IMG/VR virus record: IMGVR_UViG_3300029984_000008 | Span: 7,836-71,835 of that record | Origin: a virus | Strand: one strand, 5' to 3' | Length of the DNA: 64,000 nucleotides | Shown here: positions 40,120 through 48,868 of the stretch, in pieces | Numbering within the stretch: the first letter of the stretch is position 1 | Layout of the letters: the number at the start of each line of letters is the position of its first letter | Program-made: the position numbers and the translations under genes | Notes under the pieces: model-generated | The model's input: only the letters and a program-made list of their open reading frames with translations | The model's database searches: none | Told to the model about the DNA's origin: nothing

Positions 40120-40653
40120 ATGAAAAAAGTAAATGGGACTTATGTAATTAGTGCTTTTCCTGCATGTGGAAAAAGTTATTGCTTTAATAATCATCAAGAT
40201 GAGTTTTCTATGTTGGATAGTGATAGTAGCGAGTTTAGTTGGATTAAAGGTGCTGATGGAAAAAATACTACAGAAAGAAATCCCAATTTCCCACAAAATT
40301 ATATCGAGTATATAAAGGCTAATATAGGCAAGGTAGATATAATATTTGTATCAAGCCATGATGTAGTTAGAAAGGCTCTAAAAGACAATAATATAAAAGT
40401 AATTATAGTATATCCTATTAAAGATTTGAAAGAAGAATGGATAAGAAGATTCAAAGAAAGAGGTAATAACGAAGGCTTTATTAACTTTATATCAAGCAAT
40501 TGGGATAATTTTATTGATGATATAGAGAATGAAGATTATGGTTTTCTAAAAGAAGGATTGAGTCGTGCAGATATATACTTAGATTTGAATTTCTTATACG
40601 GTTGTTTTGACAATTCAATGGGAAATTTAACTTGTCTTTGGAAAAATGAGTAA
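40120..40653 (+). CDS. P-loop kinase/NTPase
   Basis: VISAFPACGKS Walker A; DSDSS.F; RBS AAGGAGG before ATG 40120. Confidence 0.7.
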   Translation: MKKVNGTYVISAFPACGKSYCFNNHQDEFSMLDSDSSEFSWIKGADGKNTTERNPNFPQNYIEYIKANIGKVDIIFVSSHDVVRKALKDNNIKVIIVYPIKDLKEEWIRRFKERGNNEGFINFISSNWDNFIDDIENEDYGFLKEGLSRADIYLDLNFLYGCFDNSMGNLTCLWKNE

Positions 40654-40675
40654 TTCGCAATACTAAAATATGACG

Positions 40676-40724
40676 AAGAAAAGCCCGTAGCCTCTACACT
40701 ATAGTAGAGACACGGGCTTTTCTT
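40676..40724. terminator. Bidirectional terminator between convergent units
   Basis: aagaaaagcccgt...acgggcttttctt. Confidence 0.7.
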
Positions 40725-41616
40725 CTTTTCCATACCATATGCTACCCAGTGGATTTATCTCTACTTCATCTTTTGAAGCAAAGAGCCACTGAAGGTCTGT
40801 ATTATCTATTCCGTATATACAGTCTCTTAGTACCAGGGCCCTAGCTTTTGTAGGGGCAACGGTTAGCACTAAAGGAAAACTTCCATAGGTAGCCTCAAAG
40901 GTTCCTGAGCCATAGAAAGCTGCATATCTTTTATGCTTACGCTGGAATACTTGCGGTGTCATAGTCCCATTGTCCCACTCTAAAAAGAAGTGAAAGCCTT
41001 CATCTTCAGAGAACCAATACTGGCCGTAGGCATCTGGATTGCATATCATACGCTCGCCCCAGAACTTAAAACTATGCCTACAGTGGTTCTCTGTTCTGAA
41101 GCCAGTTACCTCATGACCTAGCTCTCTAGCTTTTCTAAGCAAGTAGAGATAGAAGTTATTAGTATCTACCATGTGCTCTAGGTACGGAAGTCTAGCCTCA
41201 TTCATTTCATAGGACCAGGAAATATCTTCTATCTTTTGGCCTAGCATACCAGCGACTACCTTAGCACCTAATTCATCTAGGACCACGTGCCCCTGTGAGC
41301 TGCCTTCATTTCCTACGTCAACAAAGAACCTGTCTACTATACGGTTATCAAATAATTTTCTAATCCTACGTCTTGCTATGAGTTCTGCTTGTGTATTTTC
41401 TTTGCCTCTGAAGCTATACTTATAGTGCATTTCAGCTATTTGCCTAGTGGTGAGGCAGCGCTGATAGTAGAGAGACAGCAGCATTTCTTTATCTCTAGGG
41501 GTTAGACTAGCTTTTTGAAGAGCTTCAGGGGTACTACGACTCACCTCTGTATACTTACGACTAAACTTAGATATTCTGCGACTAGTTATACACCTAGCCT
41601 TTTCTTTATCGTCCAC
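40699..41616 (-). CDS. Replication-relaxation (Replic_Relax) family nuclease
   Basis: LTPRD..ML..LY..R.LTT.QIA, RRR.RKL, LEH..TN.FY, PDAYG and FFLEWD.GT (wHTH plus PD-(D/E)XK). Confidence 0.85.
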   Translation of the reverse strand: MDDKEKARCITSRRISKFSRKYTEVSRSTPEALQKASLTPRDKEMLLSLYYQRCLTTRQIAEMHYKYSFRGKENTQAELIARRRIRKLFDNRIVDRFFVDVGNEGSSQGHVVLDELGAKVVAGMLGQKIEDISWSYEMNEARLPYLEHMVDTNNFYLYLLRKARELGHEVTGFRTENHCRHSFKFWGERMICNPDAYGQYWFSEDEGFHFFLEWDNGTMTPQVFQRKHKRYAAFYGSGTFEATYGSFPLVLTVAPTKARALVLRDCIYGIDNTDLQWLFASKDEVEINPLGSIWYGKEEKPVSLL

Positions 41617-41629
41617 TTTTTTAACCTCC

Positions 41630-44158
41630 TTATTTTTTCTTTTTAATGCGTCCTGTGGCCTTACCTATTTTCACAGGAGCACTGTCATCCTCTGTAATCT
41701 GGTTCTTTTGAGTTAAGCTATATCTTTCTTGTATATCATCTTTAATCTGGTCTAGCCTCATATAGTTCTTTTTCTTATACTGCTCTTTCCACGCTTGCAC
41801 TTCCTTAAGTCTAGTAGCCTCTGCAACTACTCTGCCTTTATCATCTACATATGGAAAATAGACATTCATATCTAAATTGTCAAATGTGAAGGGATTAGGG
41901 TGAATCTTTTTAAACCTACCATAGCCAGTATACTGAATCATAGAGGTCAGGTCGTCCTCTGTTACGCCAGGGAACATTCTTTTAATCTTAGTGGCTGAAG
42001 AGGTACCAATGAGTAGACTAATTTGAGTAAAGGTATTATCCTCTATCATACCCATAAGCTGTGCTGGAATCTGCTCTACGCTCTGATGAGCCATGATTAA
42101 GCCTAGGCCGTAACTTCTAGCCAGCTCAAGGAACTTTTGTATATCCTCTGACTGATTAATGAATAGTTCAAACTCATCCATGAATAGTATATGAGGTACA
42201 CGGTCCTTAACTGGTATATCACCTCTAGAGAATATTCCATTAGATACAAGGGCTGTGAAAAGTGTACCAAAAAAGGACACTATTTCTGTGGTATTTTTAT
42301 CCATAGCATAATTAACTATAATTATAGCTTTTTCATCTAATAATTTACGCCAGTCGAATAAATTAGCCCTTTGACACATACTATAGCGAGGTAGCTCATT
42401 TTGTGTAATAATTTCAAGTTTATTTAATATAGCCTTAGCTTCATTTTGTCGAGCCTTTGGTGTCATATGAGCATAGCTCAGCCAGTAACTGAGGACGTCA
42501 GGAAAGTCTGTGTGGTCCTGCATCTTTTCAATAGTGTGTATTAGGTAGTCTTCATCTGTGAACATACGATATACTTCGAGGATAGAACCCTCTTCATTAG
42601 TAGATATAACAGCTATAAGAGCTCTCCTTAGTATACTTTGGCTGTGCTCTTTTATAGAGCCTTCAGAGTTTAATTTTAGGAATACACTTACTATCATAGT
42701 TGCTAGGTTATAAGTGCTCATGCCTGGCTGTCTTAGAAAATTGATAGGCATAAACATTGTTAGGTCCTGCATATCTATATACTGTATGCGGTTCCACTCA
42801 GACTTAGGTAAGTGGGCCATAAGGTCATCTGCTACGTCTCCCTTTACATCAAAGAATGTCATGCCGCAAAATCTAGTAATCTGAAGAGCTATAAATGATA
42901 ACCAGTAGCTCTTACCTGAGCCTGTACCTCCTATACAGTAGACATGCTGCATTAGCATCTTAAGGTCCTTAAAAGCTAGGTATTTTTGTCTACCTCTGAA
43001 GTTAGACATTCCGAATACTATAGCTTTATCTGCCCATGCCTCTTCAATAGTGTTATATTGATATACACCGTCTGGTACTGCCATTTTCTTAGCTCGGAGT
43101 CTTATTACACCTGGAATGTTTTTGGAGGGAAAGTGGAGCACTGTGGCGAGTTCTGGAGGGGTCACATAGTTTTCTGTAGGGTAGACTGCAATGCTTCTAT
43201 CTGAATATTCTTTCAGAAATTTACTCACTTGAGTTATATTAAATATCTTAAGCCAGGGCCTCTTCACTGTCTGCTTATAGACTTCACGGTAGTTTGTATA
43301 AGCTCTAAATCTATTTTTATCGGTGGCTGGTGCAAAGGCGCTTATTACAGTATTTAATCTAGCCCTACCTTTTTTAAAGTCTGGGTTATAACAAACTGCC
43401 CTAATATTGAGGTCAAAATATACACCAGCTTCCAGCTTTTTCTGAATACTGGAGAGACTGGTGTTATGGTCTTTAGCTCCTGAATTACCCACTACTGCAT
43501 ACTTTAATGCGCCTACCAGAGCTTTTGGTGATTCTAATAAGCCCGTCCACTTAGTGTAAGGCTGGTGTAATTTAGAAGGTCTGGAGCTTGTCTTTTTATA
43601 TATTTCATAATAGCTACTGGCTATAGTAAGTGCTCTGAAGTTGATAGGGCGTAGTGTAAACTGCACCCATACCTCTTCATTATCATCTAAATTTTGCATA
43701 CTAGCACAGAGGCTAGCCACCATGTCAGCACCTACACGCTCACCGTCACTCTGTAGTAGATTAAATATATAATGACTATCAAGGTCCAGGGTAGCACAGG
43801 CACTTTTTACAGCGGTTATACTACCAGGTTTGGCGTAGTCTTTATTTGCATCTATTGCTACTATCTCTGCAGCTGGGTGGATTGAGTTTATATTAGACTG
43901 TAAAAATTCCTGTGTAACATTATCTGATAGCCATGCGTAGAGGCTTATACCTTTAGCTGTCCCTTGAAACTCAAAGGTTAGCCAGGTATAAGGATTTTTA
44001 GAATTATATATAGTGTAGAGGCTATCGAATAGGTTGTTATACTGTGAAGGTTTAAACTCTGCATCTTTCTCTATATAAATCTGGTAGAGGTGGCCACCTT
44101 CAGAGGCCTTTCTTAATTTATTTCTACAGTAAGGGTACATTAATGATTTAATTATCAT
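41630..44158 (-). CDS. VirD4/TraG-like coupling ATPase (HerA/FtsK superfamily)
   Basis: H..CIGGTGSGKS (Walker A), FFDVKGD, PINFL, ILFMDEF (Walker B), ARSYGL.L.MAHQS.EQI; ~350-aa N-terminal extension. Confidence 0.85.
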   Translation of the reverse strand: MIIKSLMYPYCRNKLRKASEGGHLYQIYIEKDAEFKPSQYNNLFDSLYTIYNSKNPYTWLTFEFQGTAKGISLYAWLSDNVTQEFLQSNINSIHPAAEIVAIDANKDYAKPGSITAVKSACATLDLDSHYIFNLLQSDGERVGADMVASLCASMQNLDDNEEVWVQFTLRPINFRALTIASSYYEIYKKTSSRPSKLHQPYTKWTGLLESPKALVGALKYAVVGNSGAKDHNTSLSSIQKKLEAGVYFDLNIRAVCYNPDFKKGRARLNTVISAFAPATDKNRFRAYTNYREVYKQTVKRPWLKIFNITQVSKFLKEYSDRSIAVYPTENYVTPPELATVLHFPSKNIPGVIRLRAKKMAVPDGVYQYNTIEEAWADKAIVFGMSNFRGRQKYLAFKDLKMLMQHVYCIGGTGSGKSYWLSFIALQITRFCGMTFFDVKGDVADDLMAHLPKSEWNRIQYIDMQDLTMFMPINFLRQPGMSTYNLATMIVSVFLKLNSEGSIKEHSQSILRRALIAVISTNEEGSILEVYRMFTDEDYLIHTIEKMQDHTDFPDVLSYWLSYAHMTPKARQNEAKAILNKLEIITQNELPRYSMCQRANLFDWRKLLDEKAIIIVNYAMDKNTTEIVSFFGTLFTALVSNGIFSRGDIPVKDRVPHILFMDEFELFINQSEDIQKFLELARSYGLGLIMAHQSVEQIPAQLMGMIEDNTFTQISLLIGTSSATKIKRMFPGVTEDDLTSMIQYTGYGRFKKIHPNPFTFDNLDMNVYFPYVDDKGRVVAEATRLKEVQAWKEQYKKKNYMRLDQIKDDIQERYSLTQKNQITEDDSAPVKIGKATGRIKKKK

Positions 44159-44174
44159 AATAGTCTGTGCCTCC

Positions 44175-44366
44175 TTATATTAGCGCTTTTACAGCTTCCC
44201 AAATATGGGTAACTAGGTCTGTAGCTAATTTTCCGCTACCAATGTAGTCCCGTAGTAAGAATAGTATTTTTGTTACGAAGATAACTGTTACACCTGTATA
44301 TGTGGTTACTAGAGTCCATTTAATTATAAAACCTTCAACTTCTGTGTGCTTTTGAGCATCATACAT
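44175..44366 (-). CDS. Small membrane protein
   Basis: One long hydrophobic segment; RBS AGGAGGTG; same operon as the ATPase. Confidence 0.7.
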   Translation of the reverse strand: MYDAQKHTEVEGFIIKWTLVTTYTGVTVIFVTKILFLLRDYIGSGKLATDLVTHIWEAVKALI

Positions 44367-44377
44367 GCCAACACCTC

Positions 44378-44944
44378 CTACATATTAAGCATAGTGCTTA
44401 TTGACTGATAGATAGTAGTGAATAGACCTATTACTTCCTTGAGTATAATTGCACCGCCTACAAAGGATACTAGAGGTATAAAATCACCACGGCCTGTAAA
44501 CTTTAAGAAGCTGCATACTACTAGAGTAATAAATCCTATAATTAGCATATGAAGCAGTATAGCCCCTTGACCTGAGAAGAAGTTACCTCCACCTTCAGCG
44601 TATACTTCAATTGCGTCGCCACCGTATTTATTGTAGGCTACAATTTTTTGTAGAAATTCTCCTGGATGTAGTTTAAATAAACCAAAACTAAATGCAGGTA
44701 CCCCTATCATAATAGCAGCTGTGATTTTTTTATTATTCATGAACCAGCGGATAAAATGTCTGCTATTTACTATAGCTGAAATATCCTCTGTAGAGGCTGT
44801 AGGAAATACTGTTTTACATGTTACTATGTCATCTACAACGCCCCTTCGACCTAGTTTAAATACCTCTGACATAGTAGTACCAGGCATTAGCTCCTTTATA
44901 GTATTTAGTTCACTAAATTTTACTGAATAGCTGTTGTTTAACAT
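44378..44944 (-). CDS. Membrane protein with C-terminal SpoIIIAC/AD-like domain
   Basis: C-terminal 60 aa IIGFITLVVCSFLKFTGRGDFIPLVSFVGGAIILKEVIGLFTTIYQSISTMLNM follows the SpoIIIAC pattern G(I/F)..V..LK..GR....G...L..VI....Q...TM; similarity judged by eye. Confidence 0.6.
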   Translation of the reverse strand: MLNNSYSVKFSELNTIKELMPGTTMSEVFKLGRRGVVDDIVTCKTVFPTASTEDISAIVNSRHFIRWFMNNKKITAAIMIGVPAFSFGLFKLHPGEFLQKIVAYNKYGGDAIEVYAEGGGNFFSGQGAILLHMLIIGFITLVVCSFLKFTGRGDFIPLVSFVGGAIILKEVIGLFTTIYQSISTMLNM

Positions 44945-45004
44945 CTAAATCCTCTCCTATATGTTTTTGTTGTATCAGGGTATATTACCCTGTATTCCTA
45001 CTAA

Positions 45005-45032
45005 TAAATTATGCTGTTTTACAAAATGTGTG
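45005..45032 (-). promoter_or_regulatory. Sigma-K/sigma-E-type (mother-cell) promoter
   Basis: Minus strand cAC-16-CATAattTA, upstream of the 44944 operon and downstream of a terminator. Confidence 0.5.
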
Positions 45033-45078
45033 AATATTTTTACTGTACTTGAAGGTGTATTGGCTATGAATAATACAT

Positions 45079-45125
45079 AAAAAGAACACAGCAAGCGCCT
45101 AAATAGCTGCATTTGCTGTGTTCTT
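45079..45125 (-). terminator. Intrinsic terminator after the hydrolase gene
   Basis: aagaacacagcaa...ttgctgtgttctt with a T-run on the minus strand. Confidence 0.75.
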
Positions 45126-45161
45126 AATCAATGTGACTTATTTCTATTTTTTATTTTTCTT

Positions 45162-45584
45162 TTACCATATTTTAATAAGAAATTTGTGTCTCTTCATTGC
45201 GGAACTTAGTTTGTCACCAAATAAATGTGATAAGCCGCCTATAACTACCATATAATACATATCTGTTCCTTTTATTGTATCTGTAGTTAATAGTAAGAAA
45301 GGTATTGATATTATTAGTAGGCCAACTATACTATGACAATGTCCTCTGTGTTTCATAAATGGTGTAAATGGATTATATCGCCCTAGTGTACTATTTCTCT
45401 GGTCAATATCTGGTAATAAGCTGCCTATAAGTACTGCCATGAATAATACTGGACTATGCGCTATAAAGTAAGCTACTATGGAACCTATGACCAAATGTCC
45501 TGTATAATTGAAGATAACACACCTTCCTTCTATCTCTCTTATTTCTCTACTATTAGTATGTGCATTTCTAGCTTTTATATGCAC
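45162..45584 (-). CDS. Membrane-bound metal-dependent hydrolase (YdjM-like); true start probably near 45515
   Basis: GH, GSLLPDID, HRG..HS and SHL.GD motifs with TM segments. Confidence 0.8.
   Translation of the reverse strand: MHIKARNAHTNSREIREIEGRCVIFNYTGHLVIGSIVAYFIAHSPVLFMAVLIGSLLPDIDQRNSTLGRYNPFTPFMKHRGHCHSIVGLLIISIPFLLLTTDTIKGTDMYYMVVIGGLSHLFGDKLSSAMKRHKFLIKIW
45554..45582 (-). promoter_or_regulatory. Sigma-G promoter
   Basis: Minus strand GCATA-17-CATACTA, an exact consensus match. Confidence 0.7.
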
Positions 45585-45600
45585 GGTAAATAATGGAATT

Positions 45601-46038
45601 TTAAAAATTATTGCCTAATAGCCTACTCTTCACTGAGCTTCTTAGCTGCTCTTTATCCTTATTCTTAGCTAGGGGGCTTGGCTTAACTGTAGGCTCTGGG
45701 AAGTTCTGCCAAAAAAAGTCCTCTCTCTTATGTTCTTCTTTTACCTCTTCAGGTGTATTAACTACTTTCTCCTCTTCCTGTATGTTGTTAGCTACTACTA
45801 GTTTATCTATTTGACGCTGTGGTAGCACCTCTGTGGCTACTTGAGTCTCTGTTGCTGCTCTGTCTATTTGATGCTGTGTTAAAGCACCTGGGTACTTTTG
45901 TTGCTCTATAGCAAGCACCCTACGATATACCTCTTTAAGCCTGCTTGTCCTATCTTTGTATTTGTCTAGGTCCTTTATTATATCAGCATCTGTATTTGGA
46001 TTAAGTCGAAAACCAACTGGTTTACTAATCATAGCCAT
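45601..46038 (-). CDS. ParR-like ribbon-helix-helix adaptor
   Basis: N-terminal VGFRLN..DADII..L..RT..LK (RHH-like); disordered middle; directly downstream of parM. Confidence 0.65.
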   Translation of the reverse strand: MAMISKPVGFRLNPNTDADIIKDLDKYKDRTSRLKEVYRRVLAIEQQKYPGALTQHQIDRAATETQVATEVLPQRQIDKLVVANNIQEEEKVVNTPEEVKEEHKREDFFWQNFPEPTVKPSPLAKNKDKEQLRSSVKSRLLGNNF

Positions 46039-46039
46039 C

Positions 46040-47080
46040 TTATATCAATCCTTCCTTAATCTTTAGCATTCCATATTTCCTATAGCCACTGGCGTTAGAG
46101 TACTCAGGCTCGTCTAACTTTATAACGGGGATGCCTGTAAGCTCTACTAGATAGTCATAGTAGAGGTTTGCGCCACCTCCACATATTAGTATAGCTGAGA
46201 ACCTTCTGAAGTCTGGAACCCATACACTAAGCTCCTGAGCAAGCTCTGGGAATACCTGGTCTATTGCTTGCTTGCATAAGTCAGCAACGTCTGTGCTAAC
46301 ACCTCCGAGTTTAACTAGTCCTGTTCTTAGGACCTCATCAACTTTATAAGGGGGTATAGCGTACTTATGCTTCTTAAGCACAAGCTTCCTAAGCTCATTT
46401 TGTACTTTATGAACGCCGTGCTGTATAGTGAAGCTATCCTGGCTGAAGCTTGCAGCCTCCATGATACAACCATCTGTAGTCTTTCCACCGAGGTCAAGCA
46501 CTAGCACATCCTCTGAGGCTAATTCTATGTGGTCCATGTTCTCAGTGCCATCTTCATTTAATACAAAGTCAAAGAACGCCCCAGCGGACTGTGGGAGAGT
46601 AAGAGACCTTTTAACTTGCACAAACTTCTCACTATCACCAAAACCAAACTTGAAGTCACCTTTAAGCCTCTCCGTAAAGTTATCCCTTATCTCATCTACC
46701 ATAAACTCTTCTACGGGTAAGCCGCTAACTATTAAGTCTATAACACTCTTTCCAGTCTCCTCATTGTAGAGGCCTAGCATTGCAAGCATCTTCGGTGTAT
46801 CGCTCTGAGATACTAGACGCTCTGCGTTAAAGTCATATGAACCCTTAGCACCTACATTCCATACACCTACCTGGTCTGTTATGATATAGCCCTCTGAGTC
46901 TGCTAAACCTGAAACTACGACCTCCGAACGTCTCTTTACTATGCTAGCAAATTTACAGCTCCAGTGAGCTGCTACTGCCTTACCTTGGGTATAGCCTAGG
47001 TCAATTGCTAATACTTCTGGGTCCACTGTAATTGCTGGTTTTAGATTTGTTTTCTTGATTGCTGTATTTGTCATTTTCAC
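46040..47080 (-). CDS. parM: ParM/StbA actin-like partition ATPase
   Basis: AIDLGY..K, VSGLP, PQSAGA, VLDLGGKTTD, ICGGGA and N..GY.KYG. Confidence 0.9.
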   Translation of the reverse strand: MKMTNTAIKKTNLKPAITVDPEVLAIDLGYTQGKAVAAHWSCKFASIVKRRSEVVVSGLADSEGYIITDQVGVWNVGAKGSYDFNAERLVSQSDTPKMLAMLGLYNEETGKSVIDLIVSGLPVEEFMVDEIRDNFTERLKGDFKFGFGDSEKFVQVKRSLTLPQSAGAFFDFVLNEDGTENMDHIELASEDVLVLDLGGKTTDGCIMEAASFSQDSFTIQHGVHKVQNELRKLVLKKHKYAIPPYKVDEVLRTGLVKLGGVSTDVADLCKQAIDQVFPELAQELSVWVPDFRRFSAILICGGGANLYYDYLVELTGIPVIKLDEPEYSNASGYRKYGMLKIKEGLI

Positions 47081-47131
47081 TGCTCCTATTCCTTTATTGT
47101 TATACAGAAAACTAAGTCCCTGTAATACACT

Positions 47132-47160
47132 ATATTCGACACCATTACAGAAGTTCCTGC
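47132..47160 (-). promoter_or_regulatory. Sigma-H promoter of parM-parR
   Basis: Minus strand GCAGGAACT-11-GTCGAATAT versus consensus RnAGGAwWW-11/12-RnnGAATww. Confidence 0.75.
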
Positions 47161-47223
47161 CTGGCTGTATAACACTTATATAAATTTTTGTTGTACACAG
47201 ACTATACTACCAGAGTTATCCTT

Positions 47224-47252
47224 GTATAACAAGCAGCGTAAAGGGTATACTA
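47224..47252 (+). promoter_or_regulatory. Sigma-F/sigma-G-type promoter
   Basis: GTATA-14-GGGTATACTA. Confidence 0.5.
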
Positions 47253-47348
47253 TTACTATAAAGATAGCGTATACTTTTTAGAAAGGCCTTTGTATAGTAA
47301 TATTGAGGGGATACAGTCCCCCAGAATAAAAAGGATGGTGTTGTATAA

Positions 47349-47906
47349 ATGGAAAGAATATCAAACATTATTAATGAATTAGAACTTGACTCTTATGTAG
47401 GAACTTATGAAGGTAAAGACTTCCTAGTTGTTAGCAGCTGGAATGAACACGCACAAATTGAAAAGGCGCTAGGTAATAGCATAGACAGCGAAATAAGCAA
47501 CGACTGGGGCTTCGATGATGAGTATTCAACTTGCAGCAGATGCAATAAAATAGTTAGGATTAGTCCTGACAGCTATAGCTGGTTACCTGACTATGTAGAT
47601 ATGAACTGTGAGCGTATATGTCATGAGTGCTTAAACATTGAAGACTACTTTGAGTTTATAAGTAATAACCCTAAAAACGCTAATACCATATATAAAGATA
47701 CTGACATAATAGAACAAGGCTACGAGCTACTAGGTGTCTATGAATCTGGATGGGATGGTGTTAATACTAGACCCGTAGATATATACAATAGATATAAAGA
47801 TGACTATGAAAGTATAATATTCTCTATATTCAATCAAGAACAATTTAGAACTGAATACAGTGCCTGGGGAAAAGGTAAAATAGAGATAGTAGAGGATGAA
47901 GAGTAA
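47349..47906 (+). CDS. Acidic hypothetical protein with CxxC pairs
   Basis: CSRC..CHEC; D/E-rich; follows motif copy 6. Confidence 0.65.
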   Translation: MERISNIINELELDSYVGTYEGKDFLVVSSWNEHAQIEKALGNSIDSEISNDWGFDDEYSTCSRCNKIVRISPDSYSWLPDYVDMNCERICHECLNIEDYFEFISNNPKNANTIYKDTDIIEQGYELLGVYESGWDGVNTRPVDIYNRYKDDYESIIFSIFNQEQFRTEYSAWGKGKIEIVEDEE

Positions 47907-47946
47907 GCCTCTACAATAATTAACAATATATGCACTTCAAAGAGGT

Positions 47947-47975
47947 GCATATATTTTTGGTTCCTGGACATACTA
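47947..47975 (+). promoter_or_regulatory. Sigma-G/sigma-F-type promoter
   Basis: GCATA-14-GGACATACTA. Confidence 0.6.
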
Positions 47976-48081
47976 ATACTGTAGACATAAAGGGCCGTAT
48001 ACTTTTTAGAATGGCCTTTGTATAGTAATAATAAGGGAAGTGCAGTACACTCCCAAAATAAAAAAAGGATGGTGTATTAAT

Positions 48082-48819
48082 ATGAGTAAAACAAAAAACA
48101 ATTTCAAAGAATTAGTAGAAGGTACAGTTACTGAAGTAGTAAACAAAGAAAATGAAATAAAGGAAATACAAGAGAAGCTTCGTAACCTACAAAAGGATTT
48201 AACAGAAAAAGAAGAAATTAGAAATTATCATTATAAATTATATGCAATGGTAAATTGGACTGAAAAACCTTATACATGGCACTGTAGAAAACAAGAAGGT
48301 AGTAGCTACCAAAAAGTAGCCTGGTATGAGGTTTACGAATATAAAACAGTTAACTATGAATTTACTATAAGCATGAAGGAAAGAACAGACCTTAAAAAGA
48401 TGAAATGGGAAGTTTCAGTAAGAGGCCAAAAGCTTACACTTGCAGGTGATAAATATAATCATAAAAACTTAGGTGACAGCGTACACGATACCTATAGAGA
48501 CCAAGACTACTTAATTAAAAAATATAGAAATTACCACTATGATAATACTAGTAGTAGCTGGATATGCTCAGAGGAGCCAGGAAAAGAGTTTATAGACTTA
48601 GAACAAAAATTTAGTAGTGAAGCTAAAGCTAGAACCTGGGCCAATGCATGGATGGCTAAACTAGTTGAAGACCACAAAGAAATCATAGACAAAGAAGTAG
48701 AGCTATATAAGCAAGCTACAGAGGCTAGGCCTGCTATGGAAAAAGAAGCAGCAGCTAAACAGGCAGCTGAAAAAGCCAGAATAGCTGAAATAATGGCTAA
48801 GCATAGAAATAAAAAGTAA
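48082..48819 (+). CDS. Hypothetical protein
   Basis: ATG 48082 follows the shared AAGGATGGTG leader. Confidence 0.65.
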   Translation: MSKTKNNFKELVEGTVTEVVNKENEIKEIQEKLRNLQKDLTEKEEIRNYHYKLYAMVNWTEKPYTWHCRKQEGSSYQKVAWYEVYEYKTVNYEFTISMKERTDLKKMKWEVSVRGQKLTLAGDKYNHKNLGDSVHDTYRDQDYLIKKYRNYHYDNTSSSWICSEEPGKEFIDLEQKFSSEAKARTWANAWMAKLVEDHKEIIDKEVELYKQATEARPAMEKEAAAKQAAEKARIAEIMAKHRNKK

Positions 48820-48868
48820 ATAATAGGTGGGCCTCAGGGTCCACTATAATATAAGGATGGTGTATTAA

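Noticed and set aside
40699-44944. Complete conjugative T4SS or ICE
   Set aside because: No VirB4, VirB6, VirB8, peptidoglycan hydrolase or integrase is seen in the window; such genes could still lie outside it.
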